This document shows, piece by piece, positions 21,533-31,249 of a stretch of 32,000 nucleotides of DNA (position 1 is the first letter of the stretch; each line of letters begins with the position of its first letter). The stretch covers positions 30,001 to 62,000 of the forward strand of contig BAAFHK010000003.1 of NCBI GenBank assembly GCA_042852035.1, written 5' to 3'. The notes under the pieces were generated by a model that saw nothing but the letters and a program-made list of their open reading frames with translations, ran no database searches and was not told where the DNA came from. The translations under genes and the position numbers were made by a program. The DNA is from Candidatus Saccharimonadota bacterium (lineage in GTDB: Bacteria; Patescibacteriota; Gracilibacteria; BD1-5; UBA2023).

Positions 21533-22381
21533 GTGTATATTTCAGTTATTCCTACATCCAAAAGTCAGGGAAAATCTCCTTATATATACTTTGTAAGTCC
21601 AACATGGGAAAATCAAATAACCATAGGATGACTTGTGGAAATTCCTTTTGGAAAAGAAATTCTTTTCGGAATTGTGACATCATTTGAAATAGCATGATCC
21701 CTCGATATCAATACGTATGAAATACGGCCCATCCACAGTGTTATATGCTCTTCCCCTATTCTCGATATTCAACAACTTAAGGTGATATTGAGGCTCTCAG
21801 AAAAGTATTTTCTCCCCATTCATAAATCACTTTCACTCTTTCTCCCAATAGCACTCCTTAGGAGACTTGAGAAACGAAATTTTATCCTTTCCGATACACC
21901 AAGAAATAAATGAGAAGTTTTCTCATCAATATCAATACATCATTATATCGAGTCAACCTTCTCTCCAAAGGATATCAAAGAATACCTCAAACCCGAATCT
22001 GTTATTCTATTTCCAGATGACATGATGCTTTTTTCATTTTTTAAGTGAAAGATAAATGATGATTCAATATCCCTTATCCCAACTGAGGCAACCATCACAA
22101 AACGGATTCAGGCATGGATAGATATTTACGAGAAAAAATATGAGATTATTGTTTGAACTCGTCGCTTACTTTACTATAATCTCAAGGCTTATAAAAATAT
22201 TATATATATTGAGGATGCTTTTGGTGTTGAACAGTTTCAATACCCAACCTCAATTCGTTCACTCGATGTTCTGTCATTTATTCTAGAATCACATTCCCAC
22301 AATATTACGATTATCAGCTCTAGCCCCTCTCTTGAACTTTTTGCAAAGTTTCCAAAATCAAAAATTCAAACCATGAAGTAA
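21533..22381 (+). CDS. Truncated, motif-degenerate PriA (primosomal protein N')-like protein, 282 aa
   Basis: The frame was checked line by line from GTG 21533 to TAA 22379-22381. TATAAT (21520-21525) lies 7 nt upstream of the GTG. The N-terminal region resembles the PriA 3'-DNA-binding domain (VEIPFGKEILFGIV...RPIHSVI...PILDIQQLKVILRLSEKYFLPI...LFLP). The colinear helicase-lobe-1 remnants (VILFPDDMML, EIIVGTRRLLY, IIYIEDAF, IISSSPSLE) have lost Walker A and DEEH. Confidence 0.6.
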
Positions 22382-22402
22382 GTATTTCCTCAATTTTTTT
22401 CC

Positions 22403-24742
22403 TTGAAGCACTTTATTGAACATATCATTACTCTTATTTACCACCATTTCAGACGACTTGATCGTATTGGAGTGATTTGGTATTTATGAGTTCTTTATAG
22501 CATCTTCCTAATAGGGATGACTTTCAAGTATACGGTGATAGATCATGAGTTTTATAAGAAAATTGCTTTTGATCAGCAAACAATGGTATTGAAAAATCCA
22601 GTATCTCGAGGATCAATATATTCTTCATCTGAGTCACTCAGATGAGCTCTCTCAGTATCAACAAACCTCTGAAATCTTGCCATTGATCCTTCACAAAATG
22701 GATCAAGAGAAAAATTGCTTTCTTTTCTTTCAGACATTGTCTTCGATGAGTATTGTAGTTATAGCTCAAATTGTCTCTGATCGATGTCAAATTACCTCAG
22801 AGAAGATATCACTAGTAACAGTGATATGGCAATCTCTACATTAAAAGGGAAAATTCGTGAATATCTTTCGCGAAAAATTGACTCCCCCGAAGAGGTCGTA
22901 TTAGTAAAAAAAGACCTTGATGATGATATGGTTGAAATTATCAGTAGCTGGCAAGATACTTCACTTTTCTTCGTCGTAAATCATCTCTATGTGAACCCTA
23001 CAAAAATAAATGAACCCGAAGTTTTAGCGACCCGACTCTCTCCAATTATATGACTCCCTGTGGAAGAAATTCTTCCAAAATTCGAAAAGAAGAAAAAACG
23101 ACACCTTGAAATTATCCGAAAAATGAATGTGAGTACACGAGATGCTGTAATGACTCGCCTTTCCAATGAGCGCCAAGCAATCAAGAATAAAGAACTTGCC
23201 ATTGAGGATTCGATTGTGCCATTTATAAAAATTGAAGATAATCTAGTACGTTTCTATCCAGAAAAAAATATCACAGGACAGATAACAGGATTTGTAGATG
23301 GAGATGGTATAGGAAGGTATTGAATAGAATGATATTTTGAAGATCTTCTTCAGGCTGAGAGCCCAACCGAACGAGTTATCAAAGATAGCGCCAATCGTCC
23401 AATTGATGGATATGTCTCGCGTGGATTAATCACTTCTAAGAACGGGATCGATATTACTCTCACGATTGATCGAAATATACAGAAAGAGATTGGGGTGCGT
23501 CTTGAGCGAGCCGTAAATAATTTTAAGGCAAATAAATGAAGCATTATTGTAATGGATCCTGTAACTGGCGCCATAAGAGCGATGGTAAACTACCCCGATT
23601 ATGATCCAAATAACTTTACCCAAGTGTATGAAATGGAGCCCGTGAATTACCTCACTTACAAAAACCCATATTTCGAACTCTTTGGAACCCCCCTTTATGT
23701 TGTTGATACTCTTTCCGGAACTACTTTTGCAAACATTGATGGACAAAGACTAAAACTCAGAGAGGCTGCTGATAGAGAAATAACGAATTACTCAATCACG
23801 AAATATAAGTACAAGAATAAGTATGGTTCGGCCGTATATTCCAATGATATTGTTTCCGCATTTTATGAACCTGGTTCTGTTTTTAAAGCAATTACTACCG
23901 CTATAGGTATAGATACCGGTGAAATCTCCCCTGATGATACTTATCTTGATAAGTGATATGTAGAGCTATCCTATGAGTGAGGTAGGAAGAGTAGAATCTC
24001 AAATGTAGCATCCCAATGTACCTGAAGGCACACATACCTCCATGCTCTTGATTGGTCCTGTAACGTTGGTATGATTTCCATCATAGGAAAAATTGGACCT
24101 TCACTCTTTCATAAATATTTATGAGACTTTTGATTCGGAGCAAAAACAAATATTACGCTTGATGGGGAAAATTACTCACAACTCACCCCTTATGAAAAAT
24201 GGTCTAGAACACAGTTTTTTACCATGTCGTTTGGTCAAGGTATAAACACTACCATGCTTCAAATGGCAACCGCCTATTCTGTACTTGCAAATGGTGGAAT
24301 ATATATGGAACCGCATATTGTGGAATCAGTTACTTATCCTGATGGAAAAAAAGTTGATACAATCCCAACACCTATTCGAAGAGTTATAAAAGAAGATACC
24401 TCTAAAACAGTAACAGCCATGCTGGTTGATGGTGTTCGAAATGGTTTTGCAAAGAAATGATGAGTTCCAGGATATACTGTAGCTTGAAAAACTGGTACTT
24501 CTCAAATACCCTATAGATGAGGGTACGAGAATCGTATTTTATGACAAGATGTTGGGCATACTATTACATCATATGGCGGTTATGCCCCAGCTAATAATCC
24601 AAAATTTGTTCTTATAGTAATGATTAATCGTCCTCGAACTGATCAGTACTCAGAAAATACTTCTTCAGCCCTTTTTTCTGAAATAGCAAAGTATCTGCTT
24701 GAATACTACAAAATTCCAAAAAATGGTGAAATGCAAGGTTAG
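22403..24742 (+). CDS. Class B penicillin-binding protein (FtsI/PBP2-type transpeptidase), 779 aa
   Basis: Four track ORFs in the same frame (22784.., 23060.., 23552.., 24224..) are joined through TGA codons. An N-terminal TM segment is followed by SxxK (EPGSVFKAIT), SxN (WSCNVG) and KTG (A-G-KTGTSQ, Gly = TGA 24485-24487). The stop is TAG 24740-24742. TTG 22403 is inferred as the start because it is the only canonical start upstream of the TM segment. Confidence 0.85.
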
Positions 24743-24767
24743 CCTTCACTAAGTTGAATGCCTTAAA

Positions 24768-25397
24768 TTACCTCTCGCCCGTAAGTTTTTCTTTTGATCA
24801 AAGTATTACTGGATCCGTGCCAATAATGCCATCTATAATAGCTCTCCAACGTGCAGCAATTTCACGAATATACGTATATAATCCAAGTGAAAGACTTACA
24901 TTGGCTGATCCATATCAGATTGCTTCAATATGATTCGAACGAGCCAAAAATAATGCTCGCTCCACATGAAAAGGCTGTGAAATAATCGTAAATCCACTTC
25001 ATTGACCAAAAATCTCTTTTGCCCGAACAACAGAGTCAAGGGTACGAAATCACGCATAATCAAGAGTAATAGCCGACTCAGGAATTCAGGCCTTAAGTAG
25101 GGCTTTTCTCATAGCTTCTGGCTCATTATATGCTTTCGTACTATTATCTCACGAGACGAGAATGTGTTCTATCTTTCATCGCTCAAAAAGAACCTTTGCG
25201 GCCTCTATGCGAGTAGAAAAGAATACATTATTCACACCATTAATGCTTGGGGTTGTCCCGAGAAGAAGTCAGACATGGTTTTTTGGAAGAAGGTCTGGGT
25301 TTCTATAAATATCATTTTTTGTTACCCATGAAATCCACCCCCATGGGAGAATGAGGAAAAGCAAAAAAAGAATCAAGGTGGTAAAGAGTCTACGCAT
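24768..25397 (-). CDS. sanA: SanA/YdcF (DUF218) family protein, 209 aa
   Basis: Translation: MRRLFTTLILFLLFLILPW..., ILVS-G-DNSTKAYNEPEAMRKALLKAGIP, LDYA-G-FRTLDSVVRAKEIF, IISQPFHVERALFLA. The start ATG 25397-25395 overlaps the proS stop (ATGCGTAG). The stop is TAA 24770-24768. Confidence 0.85.
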
Positions 25398-26613
25398 GGA
25401 GAGAAACTAGAGAAAGTGAGCTCTCATTTCTGAGCTTAAGTTCATAACCACCTTTTTCGAGGGTTTTATCAGAGAGGATAATACGATTCGGTATTCCAAA
25501 AAGGTCTGCATCTCAGGCCTTTTGTCCAAATCCCGCATCTCGATCATCGATGAGGACTTCAGCTCAACTTTTCTCAAGATTCTCAGCGAGTTTTTTTGCT
25601 TCTTCAAGATGATTTCCTATCACAATAATTATATGTGAATATGGAGCTATAGAATCTGGCCAGACAAGTCATTTATCATCTGCAAATTTCTCCGCAATAA
25701 CTCCAACAAGTCGAGATATTCCGATTCCATAGCATCCCATAAAAATATGATCTTGAACTTTTCCTTCTCGATCCTGATACTTAAGTCCAAAGGCGTCTGA
25801 AAAACGTGAACCAAGCTTAAAGATATTCCCAACCTCAGAAACGATTTTCTTGTCAAATTCATGATTTCCACACTCAGCACAAATGAAGGCTTCAGGATTG
25901 ATAATTTCAAGATTGTGTGCCTGTCAGCACTTTTTACAGATATAGATTTCGTCCTCCCCGATACCAAGTTCCGTCTGGAACTCATACGAATACTTCGAAA
26001 AATCTCCACCTGAAGCAAACGTATAATAGGTCGAATCTGCGAGTCAAAGTCGGTCAAATACACGATTATAGGCACCGTGCATTACTTCGAAGTAGGCATC
26101 AAGTTCTTCTTGACTTCGATGGAAAGAATATGCGTCCTTCATAAGAAATTCTCGACCACGGAGCAATCCTGATTTTGCACGCTTTTCATTTCGAAATTTC
26201 CACTGGATTTGGTAGGCAGAACATGATTCGAGATCTTTATAAGATTGGATAAATTCTCCCACTAATGGAGTAATTACTTCTTCATGGGTAGGGTTGAGAG
26301 CATATTCTCGGTTTTCAGCGGCTGGGAGCTTAAAAAGAACATCAACCGTATCCCAGCGACCTGTCTTTTCCCATGATTCTTTTGCTCCGAGTGCGGTCAT
26401 GAGAACCTCAGCTGAACCGATGGCATTCATTTCTTCACGAACGATATTTTCAATTTTCCTCAGAGTACGAAGTCAAAGAGTAGTAAAAGAATAGGCTCAA
26501 GCTAGAGTCATACGAATCATGCCAGCCTGAAGAAGAAGTCCTGTCCCGCGGTTATCTGATCCTGATGGGATTGATTTCTGAGTTTTAAACGGAAGTTTTG
26601 AAAGGAGTTGCAT
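25390..26613 (-). CDS. proS: Prolyl-tRNA synthetase, short form without INS editing domain, 407 aa
   Basis: The frame was checked line by line from ATG (26613-26611) to TAG (25392-25390). Motifs: LLLQAGMIRMTLAGAYSF; class II motif 2 WKFRNEKRAKSGLLRGREFLMKDAYSFH; motif 3 GCYGIGISRLVGVIAE; and an anticodon-binding tail. A CxxC...CxxC insert lies at 25861-25941. Confidence 0.9.
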
Positions 26614-26654
26614 AGAAAAAAATATTTAAGATAAGTATATGGAAAAAATGAATT

Positions 26655-27419
26655 TTAAAAGATATTATTCTTTGGAAAGATGGTTGTCCCTCATTTGTTT
26701 TTATGTGAAACTCACGAATGAATACCATCACAGATATGAGTAACTATTCCTAATTGGGCCGCTTCGCGGGCAATTTCCAATTTTGACGGCATCCCTCAGG
26801 TACCAATACTTGATTTCCCTCAACAAATTGAATTGATGAAATCTGGAGTGAGCGATTCGCCATTCAAAGTAGAAATCCTTGAATTTGGATCTTCAGGATT
26901 TTTATAAACCCCATTTGTATTAGTAATAATAATGATTGATTTTGCTCGAAAAAGTTGGGCAAGTAAAAGTGCATTTTTATCATTATCAGCCCCTCTGTTA
27001 AGAGCTATCATTTCCTCAGTGGAGATTGGATCGTTTTCGTTACTTATCGGGAGTATGCCTTGTTGCCAAGTAGCTTCAATAGTTCTCTTAAAAGTATTTG
27101 CCCTTGCTATATTATCTTCAATGTCAGCATGGGTAGCAAGAAATCAAGCCACTTGAATATCAACCTTTCAAAATCTCTCAGCATATGCCCTCATAAGATG
27201 ATGCCAACCAACTGCAGCGAGTACTTGTCGGTCTTCATCATCCTTTTTCTGAACTCAAAGAACTTCTCTTCCAAATTGCACTGCACCAGATGTTACGAGA
27301 AGTATATCTGTACTTGCAAAATGGGTACGCACATCTTGGACGAGAGCATTAATCTTCTCAGATGTTTGAAAATTTACAAGTGATTCACTTCAAATTTTCA
27401 CAATCAAACGACTATTCAT
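26655..27419 (-). CDS. proB: Glutamate 5-kinase (no PUA domain), 254 aa
   Basis: Translation: MNSRLIVKI-G-SESL, ILLVTSGAVQFG, VLAAVGWHHLMRAYAERF, LPISNENDPISTEE, GADNDKNALLLAQL, IIITNTNGVY, SIGT-G-GMPSKLEIA. The start is ATG 27419-27417 and the stop is TAA 26657-26655. Confidence 0.9.
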
Positions 27420-27430
27420 ACTATAAAATT

Positions 27431-27475
27431 AAAATAATAAAATTCCCCCTCATTTTTGACTTTCGAGGGGGAATT
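27431..27475 (-). terminator. Intrinsic terminator / attenuator hairpin immediately upstream of proB
   Basis: On the minus-strand RNA: AAUUCCCCCUC (27475-27465), a 13-nt loop, GAGGGGGAAUU (27451-27441), then UUAUUAUUUU. It ends about 12 nt before the proB ATG. Confidence 0.6.
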
Positions 27476-27493
27476 GAGTATTTAATTGAATAA

Positions 27494-27556
27494 TTACCTT
27501 TCGAAAGTCGAAAGGGGAACGGGAACAAGGTATGCAAGGCGAGCCTGATTGAACAT
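27494..27556 (-). promoter_or_regulatory. Candidate 20-codon leader peptide ORF (MFNQARLAYLVPVPLSTFER) in the proB leader
   Basis: AUG 27556-27554 lies 6 nt after the -10 box. Two CCC Pro codons (27523-27521 and 27517-27515) sit at the 5' edge of hairpin CCUUUCG/CGAAAGG (27515-27497). The stop UAA is at 27496-27494. Confidence 0.3.
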
Positions 27557-27562
27557 ATTATG

Positions 27563-27590
27563 ATGATATATCTATTTAAACGGATGTCAA
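27563..27590 (-). promoter_or_regulatory. Sigma70-type promoter for the proB-proS-sanA transcript
   Basis: On the minus strand: TTGACA (27590-27585), a 16-nt spacer, then TATCAT (27568-27563). Confidence 0.5.
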
Positions 27591-27595
27591 CTTTT

Positions 27596-28141
27596 TTAGT
27601 TCTTGAGGGAGGTGTACCAGTTTTTCTCAGTGTCAGTCCAATAAATATATGGATGGAGGGTGAAAGAATTATTTGTAAGCTTTTTGTCTTTCGTTACTTC
27701 CCTTCAAAGGAAAGGAGGAATCTCAAATAATTCATCTGTTCTCGAAAGCTCAATATCAGCAAGCACTATTCCTTCATTCGGTCACTGATAAACATCAATT
27801 TCCCACATCTTGCCATCAATATGTCTATAAAGATACCTCAGTTTATGAACCTCTCCATGTCATATCATAACGAATAAAGCAACCTTATATGGAACATTCC
27901 ACTCGTATTCATCCCTGATATTTGGATCTGATTTTTTGGTTCTTTTCTTTACCTTAAAAGTGAATGCTGCTGTTTTTTTCCCGGTCTTAATATCCGTAAT
28001 AAGTCTAACTCGTAATTTATTTCATTCACCACGATGGATAGTGGACTGAATAATTTCAAAAGATGGTTTTCATGAAGCTATTTTTTTCCAATCAGGATGT
28101 TCAGTATTAACTACAAACTGTCTTTCAATTTCAAGGGACAT
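27596..28141 (-). CDS. CYTH-domain protein (triphosphate tunnel metalloenzyme; CyaB/ThTPase-like), 181 aa
   Basis: The frame was checked line by line. The N-terminus MSLEIERQFVV matches the CYTH ExExK signature (EIERKFLV type). The start is ATG 28141-28139, with TATAAT 5 nt upstream. The stop is TAA 27598-27596. Confidence 0.78.
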
Positions 28142-28276
28142 AAGAAATTATATTTAGAGGATGACTGCAGGATAACAGATTATCTCATAAATGAGAATTA
28201 AAAAATAATTTTTTGCTTTTCTTTTGAGAAATAATCTTGCCTAATAAATACATCTCTTTGCTGAAAAGGATTTTTT

Positions 28277-28361
28277 TGGTGCTCGGGATGAGATTTGAAC
28301 TCACACACCCTAGGGGCATACGCGTCTGAGACGTACGTGTCTACCATTCCACCACCCGAGC
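28277..28361 (-). tRNA. tRNA-Leu (anticodon CAG), type II with long variable arm, CCA encoded
   Basis: The reverse complement reads GCTCGGG-TG-GTGGAATGGTAGACAC-G-TACGT-CTCAGAC-GCGTA-TGCCCCTAGGGTGTG-GTGAG-TTCAAAT-CTCAT-CCCGAGC-A-CCA. It has a 7-bp acceptor stem, a 5-bp anticodon stem with loop CU-CAG-AC, a T-loop TTCAAAT, and a total length of 85 nt. Confidence 0.93.
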
Positions 28362-28472
28362 ATACCCCAAGTATATCCAGGATGAAAAAAAGACAAAATC
28401 AAAGGAAAAAGATTCAACCTTTTTGGAACATAGAGAAAAGTATGGTACCCTCAAGGAAGATAGAATCCTTCT

Positions 28473-29408
28473 ATGCACTCTCAATCCATCACAAAATACT
28501 TTACATACTCCTTTAAGACACTTTTTTCGAAGCAATTTAGTAATATTGCAGGAAGCTCACTGGTGGTACATACTATGATGATGTTAATCATCTACTTTCT
28601 TTCTGTATACCTACTCTATCGCGGTGCTGAGATGATTATAAGCTTAGATGGCGGTGAAATTATACGTTTTTTTATTCAAGGGTATGTGATTCTCTTTGTT
28701 ATGATGATAGCCGTACTTATTTCTCGAGGTTGGCAAGCTACTATAATGCCAATACGAGCTATAGATCATACAAAGTGAATCCACTTTCTTGGTGATATTC
28801 GACTTTTTCATGAACACTTCTGAAAATTCATATCATTCTTCTTTTGGTATGGGGCGATTCTATTTTTTGCCTGGAATATCTATATTTTCTCAACTATTAT
28901 TCTTTGGGCAATTCATCCCAATTTTTGATTTCTCTCTCTTGTTTGATGACTTATTATTATCATACGAATAACCATACGCTATACCCTCTCCTGGTATCAT
29001 ATGCTCTCGGAATGATCATGAAGTCTTGAGATATTTCTTGAATCAAGAAAATTTGTTCATAAAAGAATCGTGGAGGTCTTTTTAAAAATTCTCTGATTTA
29101 GCATTATTGTTTGGATTATGAGTTTTTTTATCGAAATATTTCTTCTTTGATTTCTTTCAAGTCCAGACTGGAGTAGTGAACTTGCTAAAATTACGAAGCT
29201 TATTGTCGACTCAAATGGAGATATGGTAAATCGGATGAAGTCACTTATTCTTATTCTCGAGGAATCATATGGGAAAATCACCCTATCAGGTATTGTGCTT
29301 TGCGGGATTTACTCTCTGAGTTCGGTCGTTACTCGGGCAATGTTTCATATTTTTTCAGTACACTACTACCTCCACCTCCGCGATGAATGGGAAGAGTGAA
29401 AAAAATAA
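28473..29408 (+). CDS. Multi-pass membrane protein, 311 aa (paralog A of 30221..31249)
   Basis: The track ORF 28473..28778 was extended through 12 TGA codons to TAA 29406-29408 and checked line by line. TAGAAT (28461-28466) lies 6 nt upstream of the ATG. The N-terminal motif is YSFKTLFSKQ...GSSLVV...GWQATIMPIR. Confidence 0.65.
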
Positions 29409-29429
29409 CCCTCCATTTGGAGGGATTTT

Positions 29430-30134
29430 TTAACCAAGAAATGAAACTTTTCTTGCTGCTGGGTCTTTTCCATACTGATTATCTCCAGTCACTCCTGGTC
29501 GAAAGAGGAGAACAAGCCACATTATTGTTGAAGCAATTGAGATTATGTTTCCTATATATCATAAAAGCCTCTGATAAAGTGGAGTTGCACTTTGTATTGC
29601 TTTCATAGCCATCATCGGGTTATCAGATGATGTAGCATCGATGTTATTGAGTGCCGCTGAAAGATCTACAGAAGGAAGAACACCAAAGTTTTGAAGGACT
29701 CATACAACAAGCCAAATAACACTCATCGCAAAACTTGCCGTTACAATATATACTGCGATTTTTCCGTCACTTCCAAAATCACGAGCACGCTTAATAGAGT
29801 TCACTTTTGCAAGATTATATAAAAGCCAGTAGATTCCTCACATAACCACAAGACCGATTATCGCTGAAGCCTTCCCCAATATCATCATAAGGGGAATAGT
29901 CAGGATAGTGCTTGCAATAATAATAAAGAAGAGGAGAATCCCTGGAACAAGTGATCGTACAAAATATTGATATCTTCGAATGCGTCCTTCTGGTTCAATC
30001 TGAAAATACTTTTCTTTCAAAGTGAGTTCTTGGTTTGTACTCACTTGAACAGGAGGAACAGCTGAAACTTCAGGAGATGTTGTCTCTGAGGAAGTATTTA
30101 CAGTAGAATCAATTGGGGCAGAATTTTGATCCAT
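29430..30134 (-). CDS. DUF805-family inner membrane protein, 234 aa
   Basis: Motifs: KYFQIEPEGRIRRYQYFVRSL (the FxGRxxRxeYW hallmark), TM segments, and the C-terminal LFRPGVTGDNQYGKDPAA typical of DUF805. The frame was checked to TAA 29432-29430. I preferred ATG 30134 as the start. The upstream in-frame ATG 30191 is possible. Confidence 0.72.
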
Positions 30135-30220
30135 AAAGAGAAATAAGAGGATAAAATGATTTGCCGATGAATGGAAATCTAGTATTATCATACTATTGAC
30201 TCATTAATTATCAATTTCTT

Positions 30221-31249
30221 ATGAGAAATGCATTTGATTATTTAGAATATTCGTTTTTTACTCTATTTTCGAAAAAGTGAATTCGTATCATCGGATCATC
30301 GGCTCTTGTTGACGCTATTTCAAGCATTATTACAATCATCCTTCTTTATGAAAGCGTTATCCTATTAGGGAAAGATTATATCGAAAATGGTACAGCAGAT
30401 ATTCGCAACCTTATATTAAAGGCACTCCTTGTTCTCTTATGACTTACCACTATTGGCATTATTAATGTCTGATGGAAAATGATCGTAATTCCTATTCGTT
30501 CCCTCGAAAATGAACAAAAAAAACTAGATTTCAGTGAGGATATTGCTCTTTTTAAAAAATACTTTGGTTACTATATTTCTTATGTTACATGGTACAGTGT
30601 ATTTCTCATCATTTGGATTCTTTGAGCCATTTGAGGAGGGATATTATTTTGGATGATAGAGAAACCATTTTTGCTCTTTTTATATGAGGTTATACTCTTT
30701 TGAGCATTATTCTTTTTTCAGATATGAATCTCTCTTACGTGGTATAATATTCTTATAGATCCCACATATTGAATAAAGGGTCTAAAAAAATGATATCAAC
30801 TCTCAGAGTGAATAAAGTGGCAACTTTTTAAGATTATCTTTCTTTTTTCTCTCGTGATAAGCCTTGCAAGCGGTGTCATTACAAACCTCAACTCCCTTTT
30901 GCCTTCCCCAGATACTTCTCAGACTCTCAAATCATTTGATATTAAGACTGTTTCATGAGAAGCACCGGATATAAATAATGTGTTTCCTTCAACCGAAAGT
31001 GGTAGTCGTTCGGAAACAGCGATGCCTCCTCTTCAGATTACGAGTCAATCTATTGAGAGCATAATACGTGTTATTGAAATTCTCATGCCAAATATATCAA
31101 TAACTTTCATACTCATGTCTCTTGAATGAGTTCTCGCTACTGCTATGATGCAAATCTTTCTTATGCGACTTACTATCGATGTCCGCCAAGATACTGAACT
31201 CTCACGAAAGAAGAGGATAGAAACTAATTCGACCTCATCGCTTGAATAA
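30221..31249 (+). CDS. Multi-pass membrane protein, 342 aa (paralog B of 28473..29408)
   Basis: The frame was checked line by line from ATG 30221 to TAA 31247-31249, with 16 in-frame TGA. The N-terminal motif is YSFFTLFSKK...GSSALV...GWKMIVIPIR. The C-terminal region is a Ser/Thr/Pro-rich linker followed by a hydrophobic helix. Confidence 0.65.

Noticed and set aside
27431-27590. A T-box riboswitch upstream of proB-proS.
   Set aside because: The leader is only about 135 nt and lacks the conserved T-box sequence and the specifier-loop architecture. The leader-peptide attenuation model fits the visible pairings better.
28295-28535. ORFs 28295..28516(+) and 28341..28535(-), which overlap the tRNA region.
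   Set aside because: They overlap a well-folded tRNA-Leu gene and its flanks. Their translations are low-complexity.
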